This document shows, in pieces, positions 7,359 to 15,532 of a stretch of DNA of 32,000 nt (position 1 is the stretch's first letter; each line of letters begins with the position of its first letter). Both the position numbers and the translations under genes were made by a program. The notes under the pieces were generated by a model that made no database searches, was not told where the DNA came from, and saw only the letters and a list, made by a program, of their open reading frames with translations. Source of the stretch: Nitrosomonas europaea (lineage in GTDB: Bacteria; Pseudomonadota; Gammaproteobacteria; Burkholderiales; Nitrosomonadaceae). The stretch covers positions 14,225-46,224 of the forward strand of contig NZ_FUWK01000021.1 of NCBI RefSeq assembly GCF_900167395.1, written 5' to 3'.

Positions 7359-9860
7359 TCAGAATCTTATATTGAGTGCAACACGAACATTACGCGGTGC
7401 GCCGTAGTAACTCGCCGGTACCGTTTGGTAATACTTCTCATCGAAGAGATTGTAGAGATTGGCGGATAAAGCGACCATTTTGGTAATCTCGAGGCGCGCC
7501 ATCAGATCAACCACCGCATAACCGCCCTGGGAAATCTCGACTCTGGCAGGACCCTGGTCATTACGATAGATGCGATTCTGCCAGCGTACGCCACCACCGA
7601 TCGTCAAACCTTCTGCAACAGTCGGAAAACGGTAAGTGGAAAACAGTTTGAACGTATTCCGGGGAACCTGGGTATTCAGCTTCACTTTATCCCGGTCTTC
7701 CGTTACGTTATGAGCAAACCCGACTGATGCCTGCCAGTTCCGGGTCAGCATACCGGCCAGTTCCATCTCGAAACCATCGGTTCTGGCCCCGGATACTGAC
7801 CGGTAAGCGGTTGAACCATCCGGTGCCAGTACATTATTCGGCAGTGCAACGGCGAGGTTATCCTGCTGAATTCTGTAGACTGCACCATGCAGATTCAAAC
7901 GATTATCAAAGAATGCCGCCTTGATACCTGCCTCATAACTGTTGCCCAGCAATGGATCGATAAATGCACCATTTTCGCTGCGTACCGTCTGTGGCTTGAA
8001 AATACTGGTATAGCTGGCATAAACCGTCCAGTTATCGAGAAAATCGTAGGTAATCCCTGCAAATGGAATAATTTCCGGATCCTGATTGGAATTGATCCGT
8101 GTTATGTTGCCAGTCTGATAGTTTTCGGAAAAACGCTTGAACTTCCAGTGCGTTACTCTGGCTCCCCCAATCAGGGACAATGAATCGAGTAATCTGAATC
8201 GGCCTGTCGCATAGCCGCTGATAACCTGCTCATCCTGACCCCACTCACCGATAGGCGTATCGTTGGTGGGTGGCATAGTGGGTGTATTGCCATCCCAGGT
8301 GAAAATATTACCGATCGAGTTGCTCCAGTTGTCGAAAAACCATAGCCGGTAAGTAGGTGTGTGATCTTTCGTGAACGAGAACAGGGTCCCGGCAATCAGA
8401 TCATGCTTGCGTCCGAACAGAGAAAATGAACCCATGGTGTAAACATCGAGTGTATTTTGTGTAGGCGCGCCTTTCCAGCGACCGGCCCAGAGGTTGACTC
8501 CCGCACCGGTTGCTTTATCAGGATAACCACCCAGCGCATAACCCAGTACTTCATCGTATTTAGTGACTGTACGATTCCACGATATTCTCGCCAGCCAGTC
8601 CTCGTTGAAGCGGTGATCCAGTGTCACGAATACCATCTCACCATTCCTTTTGGAATAAGCCCAGTTTGCGGCCGCGGTATCGGATCGTCCCCAGGTAGTG
8701 CGTGTCCCGTCAGAGTAGAAAGCCGGTAAAGCGCCTCTTGCATTTGCGGTTTGATCCTGCTCCTGGAACATGAAACCGGCCGTTGCCAGTGTGGAAGGTG
8801 TCAGATCTGCCTCGACAATCCCATAAAGCAGCGATCTTTTCTGTTCCTCACGATCGATATAGGAATCGCTGGTATTCAGCACACCCACCAGCCTGCCGCG
8901 CACTTTTCCCGATGGAATCAGTGGCATGGAAATATCCCCTTCGGCTCGGCGATATCCCCAGTTTCCTCCTTCGAATCTCGTCGCGGCCCGGAATGTATCT
9001 GTCGGACGCTTGCGTATCAGATTGATACTGGCACCGGGTGTGCCGACACTATTCATCAAGCCATTAGCGCCCCGCACGATCTCGACACGATCGAAGATCG
9101 CCATATCATTGGTCTGAAAAATACGGTTGTAGTTATTGTAAATCTGCGGCACGCCATCGATCTGATAGTTATCGACAGCAAACCCGCGCGCATAAAAAGT
9201 GGCGGAATCGGACTGACTGCTCCCGCCTGACTGGAATACCATCCCGGTGGTCTGATTCACGACATCAGAAAGTTGTGTCAATCCTTGATCTTCCATACGC
9301 TGGCGTGTCATGACACTGACAGACTGGGGTGTTTCGCGCAGAGTCAATGGCAAACGGGTAGAAGTATTGGTCGAACCGGTCGTATAAGAGCCAGTGTCCT
9401 CAGTCGTCGGATCAACTATCCCGGATGTCATGACAGTCATTGCCGGCAATGTCAACGCCCCCTCTGAAGGTTGAGAAACAGTGGCAGACGATCCTCTCAG
9501 GGTATAGCTGCCGTCAGCCGTTCTTACTGCTTCCAGCCCGCTACCAGCCAGTAAAGCAGATAATCCGTCGTGAGCCGTATAGTTACCATTCAATCCTGCG
9601 CTTTGCAGACTGTTGGTCAGCTCTGTCGAGAATGACAGCAAAATGCCTGCTTCCCGACCGAAATCATTGAGTACAGTAGTCAGTGAACCGGCTGGAATGT
9701 GGTAATGCCTGACAACCCCGGATTGCTGCGCACTGACTGGCGATATCATGGTCAGGTACGATACAGCCAGCATCACGATCAGGAACAGGCGCGCGATCGC
9801 CCTGCCGTTCCACAAACGTTGAAATGATGGTAATAAAAAATAATGTTTGATGATGATCAT
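7359..9860 (-). CDS. TonB-dependent siderophore receptor with N-terminal STN signalling domain (TBDT-1, transducer type)
   Basis: 833 aa. It has a signal peptide (...LTMISPVSAQQ), an STN motif (HYHIPAGSLTTVLNDFGREAGILLSF...GNYTAHDGLSALLAGSGLEAVRTADGSYTLR), a TonB-box region (LTLPAMTVMTS) and a plug (ETPQSVSVMTRQRMEDQGL). The C-terminal aromatic strand reads VALNIRF. Confidence 0.92.
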   Translation of the reverse strand: MIIIKHYFLLPSFQRLWNGRAIARLFLIVMLAVSYLTMISPVSAQQSGVVRHYHIPAGSLTTVLNDFGREAGILLSFSTELTNSLQSAGLNGNYTAHDGLSALLAGSGLEAVRTADGSYTLRGSSATVSQPSEGALTLPAMTVMTSGIVDPTTEDTGSYTTGSTNTSTRLPLTLRETPQSVSVMTRQRMEDQGLTQLSDVVNQTTGMVFQSGGSSQSDSATFYARGFAVDNYQIDGVPQIYNNYNRIFQTNDMAIFDRVEIVRGANGLMNSVGTPGASINLIRKRPTDTFRAATRFEGGNWGYRRAEGDISMPLIPSGKVRGRLVGVLNTSDSYIDREEQKRSLLYGIVEADLTPSTLATAGFMFQEQDQTANARGALPAFYSDGTRTTWGRSDTAAANWAYSKRNGEMVFVTLDHRFNEDWLARISWNRTVTKYDEVLGYALGGYPDKATGAGVNLWAGRWKGAPTQNTLDVYTMGSFSLFGRKHDLIAGTLFSFTKDHTPTYRLWFFDNWSNSIGNIFTWDGNTPTMPPTNDTPIGEWGQDEQVISGYATGRFRLLDSLSLIGGARVTHWKFKRFSENYQTGNITRINSNQDPEIIPFAGITYDFLDNWTVYASYTSIFKPQTVRSENGAFIDPLLGNSYEAGIKAAFFDNRLNLHGAVYRIQQDNLAVALPNNVLAPDGSTAYRSVSGARTDGFEMELAGMLTRNWQASVGFAHNVTEDRDKVKLNTQVPRNTFKLFSTYRFPTVAEGLTIGGGVRWQNRIYRNDQGPARVEISQGGYAVVDLMARLEITKMVALSANLYNLFDEKYYQTVPASYYGAPRNVRVALNIRF

Positions 9861-9894
9861 ATTGTTTTCTCGATATTGGAATGTAAATAGCCCT

Positions 9895-9919
9895 CCTATC
9901 TACATTGCCCCTCGAAAAA
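9895..9919 (-). promoter_or_regulatory. Candidate sigma-1-dependent promoter/leader motif upstream of TBDT-1
   Basis: In mRNA sense it reads tttttcgaggggcaatgtagatagg, 35 nt upstream of the ATG at 9860. It is the partner of 5442..5466. GGTGA lies 15 nt upstream of the CGA, as in the TBDT-2 and TBDT-5 leaders. Confidence 0.4.
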
Positions 9920-10062
9920 CAAAATGGGATCACCTCTCACCAAAAAATCCAGAGCATGCTGTAAAGTTTGGCAAGTGAAAAGAAGATGCTGATTGATCAG
10001 ATTTCCGGCATCAGGTTCTGCCTGTAATACCACCAGCATGGCCGGTGGCTTGTTTCCATAGG

Positions 10063-12516
10063 TTAAAACCTGAATTTCAAAGTACCCAGGACTGTTCGCT
10101 CCAGACCGGGGTAGGCTCGCCAGCCGGGATCATTGTAGGACAGGTATTTATTATTGAAGAGGTTGCTCGCATTGATGGTAAACATCCAGGGCCCGTTATC
10201 GTAGCGAAGCATGGCGTCAAACAAAGTATAAGAAGGTGTCGTACTGGTATTCTCCAGGTCATTGAAAATTCTTCCCACATAGCGTACGCCTCCGCCGATT
10301 CCAAAACCTCGCAGCCAATTTACCCCCAGATTTCCCAGGGAATAATCCAGCCAGGCAGAAGTCATGAGATGAGGCACCTGAATTGGCATTTTATCTTTGT
10401 CGATATCCGTACTTTTGGTTACGGTTACGTCATGATAGGTAAATGATCCAATAAAATTCAGCCCGCGTAACAATTCTGCTCTTGCTTCCACTTCGACTCC
10501 ACGTGACCCGATTTCACCAGTCTGCCTGTTACGAAAAAAAGGATCATCGGGATCAGGCGTAGGCACGTTGGTTTTGGTCAGATCAAAGAATGCCACTGTA
10601 TACAGGCTTCTTCCTCCTGCAGGTTGATATTTGACACCGACTTCATATTGCGTGCCACGAGTCGGCTCGAAAGGGCGATTGCTGGAATCGAGTCCTGGTA
10701 ACGGAAGAAATGATTGTGAATAGCTCACATAAGGTGCAACCCCGCTGGAAAAAAGGTAAGTCAGCCCTGCTCGTCCGGTATAGGCATTGTCCCTGTTGCG
10801 AGTATTGGTAGTGCTTAAAAAATCAGCATCTTTAGTATCAACTCTGTCATAGCGGCCGCTCAATGTCAGAATCCAGTTCTCTCCGTACCTGATTTGATCC
10901 TGAAGATAGATACCGAGCTGATCGATCTCTTGCTTTGCATCGATATCCAGACTATCGGGTACAGGAACCGATATGCCATAGATCGGATTAAACACATCGA
11001 TACCGGGAGCCTCTCCTGAAAAGAATCTCAGGGAAGCATTCGTCCTGTTCCAGTCAACACCCAGTAACGCCGTATGATTCAACGGGCCTGTATCGAGCCC
11101 GGCTTGAAGATGAGTATCGAGCACTGTTTGAGTCAGGCGCTCTTTCGTTGTCATGGCACTTCTTTGCATCAGCGTGGGAATATCGGCATCAAAACCAGCA
11201 CGAAACATATCGTTGAAATTGCCATCTTGCTGCATATAACGAAAATTCTGCCGTGCAGTGAATGTCTCATTAAAGTTATGTTCGATCTGATAGCTGAATG
11301 AGGATTGATTCGTCGCGTATTTAACGAACTTTGAATCTGTCTGTACAACATCGGTATGTCTGCCATCAGGTGTCGTAAGAAAGAAGGGGGAGGCTTCCGC
11401 CCGGTTATTGAGAACCTCTCCCATGAGCGTGACAGTCGTATCAGCTGTCGGGTGCCAGGTCACCGAAGGAGCAACATAAAAACGCCTGAGCCCCGCACGA
11501 TCTCCTCCTGTATTGGGATATCTGACCTGTGTGTCTGAATCGAGTCCAAGCGTTACCAGGCGAAACATCAAGCTACGATCATTATTTGCGAAGCCTAAAT
11601 CGGCGGCAATCCGCTTACGATCGAAATTACCATATTGCAATTCGATCTCCCGAATGGGATCGGCACTCGGTCGTTTAGTAATCCGGTTGACGATACCTCC
11701 GGCATCCCCTCGCCCGAAAGTCACTGAAGTAGGTCCGCGCAGCACATCGACACGTTCCAGGCCGTAAGTATCGGTAATGAAAGAACCGAAATACAGCCCT
11801 TGAGCAGCCATGCTCAAACCATCGCGAAAAAGAGAAGTCGTGAGCCCCTGAAACCCGCGCAAAAGCAGATATTCATAGCCTCGCCCTTCAAATCCCCATT
11901 GATCGACCACCACACCGGGGGTGTAACGTAAAGCTTCGCTCATATCCTGTACGCTGCGCATATCGAGCTCACGGCGCGTAACCACAGAAATCGATTGCGG
12001 CACCTCGATCAACGGTGTATCTGTTTTCGTTCCCGAACTGCTGCGCTTTGCGACATAGCCAGTATCATCAGCATTTTCCGTACTGGTCGAGACAGTCACG
12101 ACCGGTAATGCCGTTACACCTGCCTGAGCTGCTTTGATGGGTGCCCGGCGCAGTGTATAGCTGCTGTCAGCATTACGTATCAGTTCCAGATCACTGTTTG
12201 CCAGTAACCGGTTGAATCCTTCACTTACTGAAAAATTTCCTGTCAGCGCGGGGCTGGTAAGCCCCTCTGTGAGTGCCGGATCAAACGAGAGTGCGATACC
12301 GGCAATTGTTGCAAAATGTGAAAGTGTCCGTCCCAGTGGGCCTGCCGGAATGTCATAGTGCTTTCGGGCAGCTGCATCGGGTGTATCCAGTGTGTTTTCA
12401 GCCGCCTGGGCGGGAAATGTTGTGGCGGCGACAATCAGTAGCAGTAGCGACAATACGGCATACCTCACCCGGCCTGATAGGAGGCGGATGGAGTGAACAA
12501 GAGGGGCAAACAGCAT
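10063..12516 (-). CDS. TonB-dependent siderophore receptor with STN signalling domain (TBDT-2); no sigma/anti-sigma pair of its own
   Basis: 817 aa. The STN domain reads KHYDIPAGPLGRTLSHFATIAGIALSFDPALTEGLTSPALTGNFSVSEGFNRLLANSDLELIRNADSSYTLRR. The TonB-box region is ALPVVTVSTS, the plug is EVPQSISVVTRRELD, and it ends TLKFRF. SD aagga precedes the ATG at 12516. Confidence 0.92.
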   Translation of the reverse strand: MLFAPLVHSIRLLSGRVRYAVLSLLLLIVAATTFPAQAAENTLDTPDAAARKHYDIPAGPLGRTLSHFATIAGIALSFDPALTEGLTSPALTGNFSVSEGFNRLLANSDLELIRNADSSYTLRRAPIKAAQAGVTALPVVTVSTSTENADDTGYVAKRSSSGTKTDTPLIEVPQSISVVTRRELDMRSVQDMSEALRYTPGVVVDQWGFEGRGYEYLLLRGFQGLTTSLFRDGLSMAAQGLYFGSFITDTYGLERVDVLRGPTSVTFGRGDAGGIVNRITKRPSADPIREIELQYGNFDRKRIAADLGFANNDRSLMFRLVTLGLDSDTQVRYPNTGGDRAGLRRFYVAPSVTWHPTADTTVTLMGEVLNNRAEASPFFLTTPDGRHTDVVQTDSKFVKYATNQSSFSYQIEHNFNETFTARQNFRYMQQDGNFNDMFRAGFDADIPTLMQRSAMTTKERLTQTVLDTHLQAGLDTGPLNHTALLGVDWNRTNASLRFFSGEAPGIDVFNPIYGISVPVPDSLDIDAKQEIDQLGIYLQDQIRYGENWILTLSGRYDRVDTKDADFLSTTNTRNRDNAYTGRAGLTYLFSSGVAPYVSYSQSFLPLPGLDSSNRPFEPTRGTQYEVGVKYQPAGGRSLYTVAFFDLTKTNVPTPDPDDPFFRNRQTGEIGSRGVEVEARAELLRGLNFIGSFTYHDVTVTKSTDIDKDKMPIQVPHLMTSAWLDYSLGNLGVNWLRGFGIGGGVRYVGRIFNDLENTSTTPSYTLFDAMLRYDNGPWMFTINASNLFNNKYLSYNDPGWRAYPGLERTVLGTLKFRF

Positions 12517-12606
12517 GGACTTTTTCCTTCAATTTCCGGTTATAGAGAGTTTTCATCTCTATTGCCAGTCGAAGCAGGAAAAAGTCTCACACCCTGGTGA
12601 AAATAG
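11962..12606 (-). repeat. Copy A of a duplicated ~640-bp 'leader + signal peptide + STN + early plug' block (partner 24490..25123)
   Basis: Hand alignment of the two regions gives roughly 85-90% identity by eye. It includes a 60-nt perfect run, gacatagccagtatcatcagcattttccgtactggtcgagacagtcacgaccggtaatgc (12052..12111 = 24590..24649). Similarity starts at tgaaaatag (12598..12606 / 25115..25123) and decays after atcgagctc (11962 / 24490). Confidence 0.85.
12557..12594 (-). promoter_or_regulatory. Candidate ECF-type promoter in the TBDT-2 leader (duplicated from the TBDT-5 leader)
   Basis: In mRNA sense it reads gGTGTGAgactttttcctgcttCGActGGCAATagag. The TBDT-5 leader has gGAGGTGAgacttttttctgtttCGAttGGCAATagag. 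The TBDT-1 leader also shows GGTGA-N15-CGA-N2-GGCAAT. The assignment of -35/-10 elements is not established. Confidence 0.3.
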
Positions 12607-12639
12607 TCGGCAGTTTACCGGCCATTAGAAAGCGATGTA

Positions 12640-14835
12640 TCAATAATCGATGCTGGCACTGACTACGAAAGTACGCGGCATACCGGCTACCAGATAACCC
12701 TGTCCAGGGTAGCCGCCTACAGAAGCCCAATGTTTGCGATTGGTGACGTTATCGACGCGGCCTCGCAATGTGACCAGATGCCCCCTGAATTCGGTGAGAT
12801 AACGCAAACCCAGATCCAGCCGTGTCCATCCTGCCACCTTCACCGTATTGACATCATTGGCGTAACTTGAACCGGTATGAACGACACGACTGTCAAAAGT
12901 CACGCCCTGTAAACCGGGAATATCCCAATCCGCTCCCATACTGGCCTGGAAACTCGGTACCCCGATCACACGCTGGCCATCAGTAGTGACGTCACCGGTA
13001 GATCGTTGTTTGGCATCCAGCCAAGTGGCACCGCCCAGCAGGCGAAGACCGCGTATTACTTCCCCATAGATACCGAGCTCTACCCCTCTGTGTCGATCTC
13101 GTCCGGATGAAGTGAATACATTGTCTGCATCGATGATTGAACGTGGCTTCGTTGTCGTGAAAAGTGCAATCGTAGCGCCAATGTGGCCACCATCGTACTT
13201 GGCCCCGATTTCCTTTTGCTTGGAAACATAGGGAGCGAGCACTTGACCGCTATTGATTGCTGTACCCGGGGCAGTGTCACCCTGGGTCAATCCCTCGATA
13301 TAGTTGCCATAGATCGAGAATTGCTTATTGATCTTATAAACAGCACTTACGCTCGGGCTGATCCGATTACGATCGTATGCAGGTGACTTGGCTTCTGTGT
13401 CATAAGCATAACTTTCCGTTCGCAGATTCTGATGCCGGAATCCGGCTGTCAGGAGAATCCTGTCTTCCAGGATAGATACAGTATCTCCTATGGCAAAGCT
13501 CAGTAAGCGGGTACGTCCGGTCAAACCCGGGGAAGACAGATTATTACCCCGGAAAGCACTGCTGCTGAAATCGGGTTTTTCCCACGATACCGGGGAAAAT
13601 ATGTTGGTATTCAGTTGGTTGAAGAAATCCCAGGCGTAAGCATTTTTCCTTTCGTTTTCGAAGTATGAGCCTGCTATTACCACGCGATGATCTATTGGCC
13701 CGGTACTGAATTTACCTCTGATACCAATTTCTCCGGTATCGACATTATCCTTGCGAGTATTGTCAAACCGGGTAGCATAACCATCCCCTGTATCTCTGTC
13801 GGCCAGTGTGAAATTGGCCAAGGAATTTTTTTCGTCAGTACGACGCAGACCATAGGCTGCCCATGCAGTCAGATAGGCATTGATGTCATATTCGCCGCGC
13901 AATGTTCCAAAAATATCGCTCTCGTTCGAATATGACCAGGGCTGTGCAAAGTTGGTGGTTGGATCAGGCAACCTGGGTGAACCAGTAATCCCCGATCCGA
14001 GGGTAACGTTGGTACGGGTACGTTTCAAACGGTTATCCTGCCAGCCGATGTCCGCTGACAGACGAAGCTTGTCACCACGCCAGTCCAGCCCAACTGCAGC
14101 AAGTCCCGTTTGTACTCCTTCTTTATCAACTGCCGTACCGCCACCTCGATATGCGCCATTGAAACGGATACCTATTTTCTGATCTGGTCCAAATCGGCGG
14201 GCAACATCCACCCCCACATTATGATGCCAGCCGCTGCCGACATGCGTGGTCAAACGTGTCAGCGGTTCATTGGGTGCGCGTTTGGGCAGCAGATTGATCG
14301 CCCCGCCGATTCCACCCCCACCGGGATTGGCACCCGTCAGAAAGGCAGAGGCACCACGCATTACCTCGACCCGTTCAAACAATTCGGTAGCGATATATTG
14401 ACGTGGCAGCAAACTGAAAAGACCATTGAACGCAACGTCGTCTGAACCCAGAATAAACCCGCGAATGAAATAGGATTCCTGGAAATTACCAAAACCACGG
14501 GCTACCCGAACACTGGGATCATTCTGCAGAACATCACCTACACTGCGTGCCTGCCGATCTTGAATCAGCTCATTGGTATAACTGGTAATCGAGAACGGTG
14601 TATCCATATTGTCGTTCGTACCAAGAATACCAGCTCTTCCCCCACGCGCCACCTGACCACCGGCATAAGGAGGTGATAATCCTTCAGCTGAAGCATCGGC
14701 ACTGGTACTGACGGTAATTCCGGGCAGAAACGTTTTACCGCTGGCAGTATCATTATCCTCATTCGATGGTGATTGAGCATAGATAGTAGTAATACTGGAA
14801 ACCAGTATTACCAGGACTCCCCCAAATTTATACAT
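12640..14835 (-). CDS. TonB-dependent siderophore receptor without signalling extension (TBDT-3)
   Basis: 731 aa. The signal peptide (MYKFGGVLVILVSSITTIYAQS) leads directly into the TonB-box/plug region (LPGITVSTS...DTPFSITSYTNELIQDRQARSVGDVLQNDPSVRV). There is no STN motif, and it ends SASIDY. Confidence 0.9.
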   Translation of the reverse strand: MYKFGGVLVILVSSITTIYAQSPSNEDNDTASGKTFLPGITVSTSADASAEGLSPPYAGGQVARGGRAGILGTNDNMDTPFSITSYTNELIQDRQARSVGDVLQNDPSVRVARGFGNFQESYFIRGFILGSDDVAFNGLFSLLPRQYIATELFERVEVMRGASAFLTGANPGGGGIGGAINLLPKRAPNEPLTRLTTHVGSGWHHNVGVDVARRFGPDQKIGIRFNGAYRGGGTAVDKEGVQTGLAAVGLDWRGDKLRLSADIGWQDNRLKRTRTNVTLGSGITGSPRLPDPTTNFAQPWSYSNESDIFGTLRGEYDINAYLTAWAAYGLRRTDEKNSLANFTLADRDTGDGYATRFDNTRKDNVDTGEIGIRGKFSTGPIDHRVVIAGSYFENERKNAYAWDFFNQLNTNIFSPVSWEKPDFSSSAFRGNNLSSPGLTGRTRLLSFAIGDTVSILEDRILLTAGFRHQNLRTESYAYDTEAKSPAYDRNRISPSVSAVYKINKQFSIYGNYIEGLTQGDTAPGTAINSGQVLAPYVSKQKEIGAKYDGGHIGATIALFTTTKPRSIIDADNVFTSSGRDRHRGVELGIYGEVIRGLRLLGGATWLDAKQRSTGDVTTDGQRVIGVPSFQASMGADWDIPGLQGVTFDSRVVHTGSSYANDVNTVKVAGWTRLDLGLRYLTEFRGHLVTLRGRVDNVTNRKHWASVGGYPGQGYLVAGMPRTFVVSASIDY

Positions 14836-14874
14836 GATTTATTTTGTCTGAAAAAAAACCACATAATACAAAAT

Positions 14875-14893
14875 AATAATGATAATGGTTATT
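14875..14893. promoter_or_regulatory. Fur box upstream of TBDT-3
   Basis: aataatgataatggttatt matches 15/19 to GATAATGATAATCATTATC. It lies 40-58 nt upstream of the ATG at 14835 in an AT-rich leader. Confidence 0.75.
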
Positions 14894-15109
14894 ATTTGTG
14901 AATAATGGCTCAGAAGACTTTTTAAATCCGTGATCGTAGTGATCTGAATTGCCTGCGCTCGATTGGCGCTGGTAATCGCCTGCCGCCGCAGATGCTCGAT
15001 CAACACTTCGACCAGCACAAATCCCCTGTCTGCATCGTCGGCTCGGTCAGCAGCTGGAATACAGGATCGATCAAAGGCGTTAATCAGGCTTTTTATGACT
15101 GTTCATCCC

Positions 15110-15134
15110 AGGCTCCAGGAAAAGTTGAAAGGAT
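15110..15134. repeat. Copy 1 of a 26-nt repeat that abuts both TA cassettes
   Basis: aggctccaggaaaagttgaaaggat compares with aggctccaggaaaaattgaaatgaat at 29635..29660, about 23/26 identical in the same orientation. Weaker gapped similarity continues for about 30-40 nt to the right (ggatttgaaaacccgcatcttct vs ggattttccggaaatttttacgatttcttct). Confidence 0.7.
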
Positions 15135-15152
15135 TTGAAAACCCGCATCTTC

Positions 15153-15170
15153 TCTTATGTAGATGAACAA
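15153..15170. repeat. Left copy of the direct repeat flanking the ParE cassette
   Basis: tcttatgtagatgaacaa compares with tcttacagatgaacaa at 16306..16321. They share TCTTA plus an exact 10-mer AGATGAACAA. Confidence 0.5.
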
Positions 15171-15198
15171 CCTGTTGAGAAATGACAAAAAAATTAAG

Positions 15199-15507
15199 TC
15201 ACGATGATTGTTGCGCCGCGTGTTTCACTCGTAAAATCTCCACGGTGCAGGCTTCGTCCAGCACACGATAGAACACTATGTAATTCCGATGGGCAACCAG
15301 CTCGCGCACAAAAGCAGACGAGCCCGGCCGGCCAGTGCGACCCATCTTCGGATTCTGTGTAAGCGGCAGGATCTTGTCGCGCAGTTCCTGGCCGAACTCC
15401 TCGGTCCTGGTTGGATTGTCCTGAGCAATGTAGTCAATGATGTTATCCAAATCGGCCTCGGCCATCGGACGTCAGACGATGCGGTAAGGGGTTTTCACCT
15501 TCACCAT
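15199..15507 (-). pseudogene. parE: ParE/RelE-family toxin interrupted by an in-frame TGA at codon 12
   Basis: The ORF track lists 15199..15465 (MAEADLDNIIDYIAQDNP...NYIVFYRVLDEACTVEILRVKHAAQ). Reading upstream in the same frame gives ATG(15507) VKVKTPYRIV-TGA(15474..15472)-RPMAEADL. That restores the canonical ParE N-terminal beta-strand + AEADL motif (compare RK2 ParE MTAYILTAEAEADL). Either this is a nonsense mutation, or a truncated 88-aa product is made from the ATG at 15465. Confidence 0.6.
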
Positions 15508-15532
15508 TGGCCAGCCACCGGCGGCTCAAAGT

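Noticed and set aside
7727-12545. Shadow ORFs inside TBDT-1 and TBDT-2 (e.g. 8751..9230 at 159 aa, 10045..10446 at 133 aa, 11074..11301)
   Set aside because: They lie opposite or out of frame to long receptor ORFs with full signal peptide, STN, plug and barrel architecture.
15110-15134. Reading the 26-nt repeat as a sigma-54 (GG-N10-GC) or FecI-type promoter
   Set aside because: The GG and GC dinucleotides are not at the required 10-nt spacing. Copy 1 has no downstream plus-strand gene. The GGAAAA resemblance to ECF -35 boxes is too short to support a call.
14896-15166. ORF 14963..15166 (+), and a minus-strand open frame containing RGFVLVEVLIE that resembles a prepilin GFTLIE motif
   Set aside because: The plus ORF has no motifs. 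The pilin-like motif lacks the Ser/Thr after Phe and is not followed by the obligatory hydrophobic helix. There is no start codon. At most this is a decayed gene remnant.
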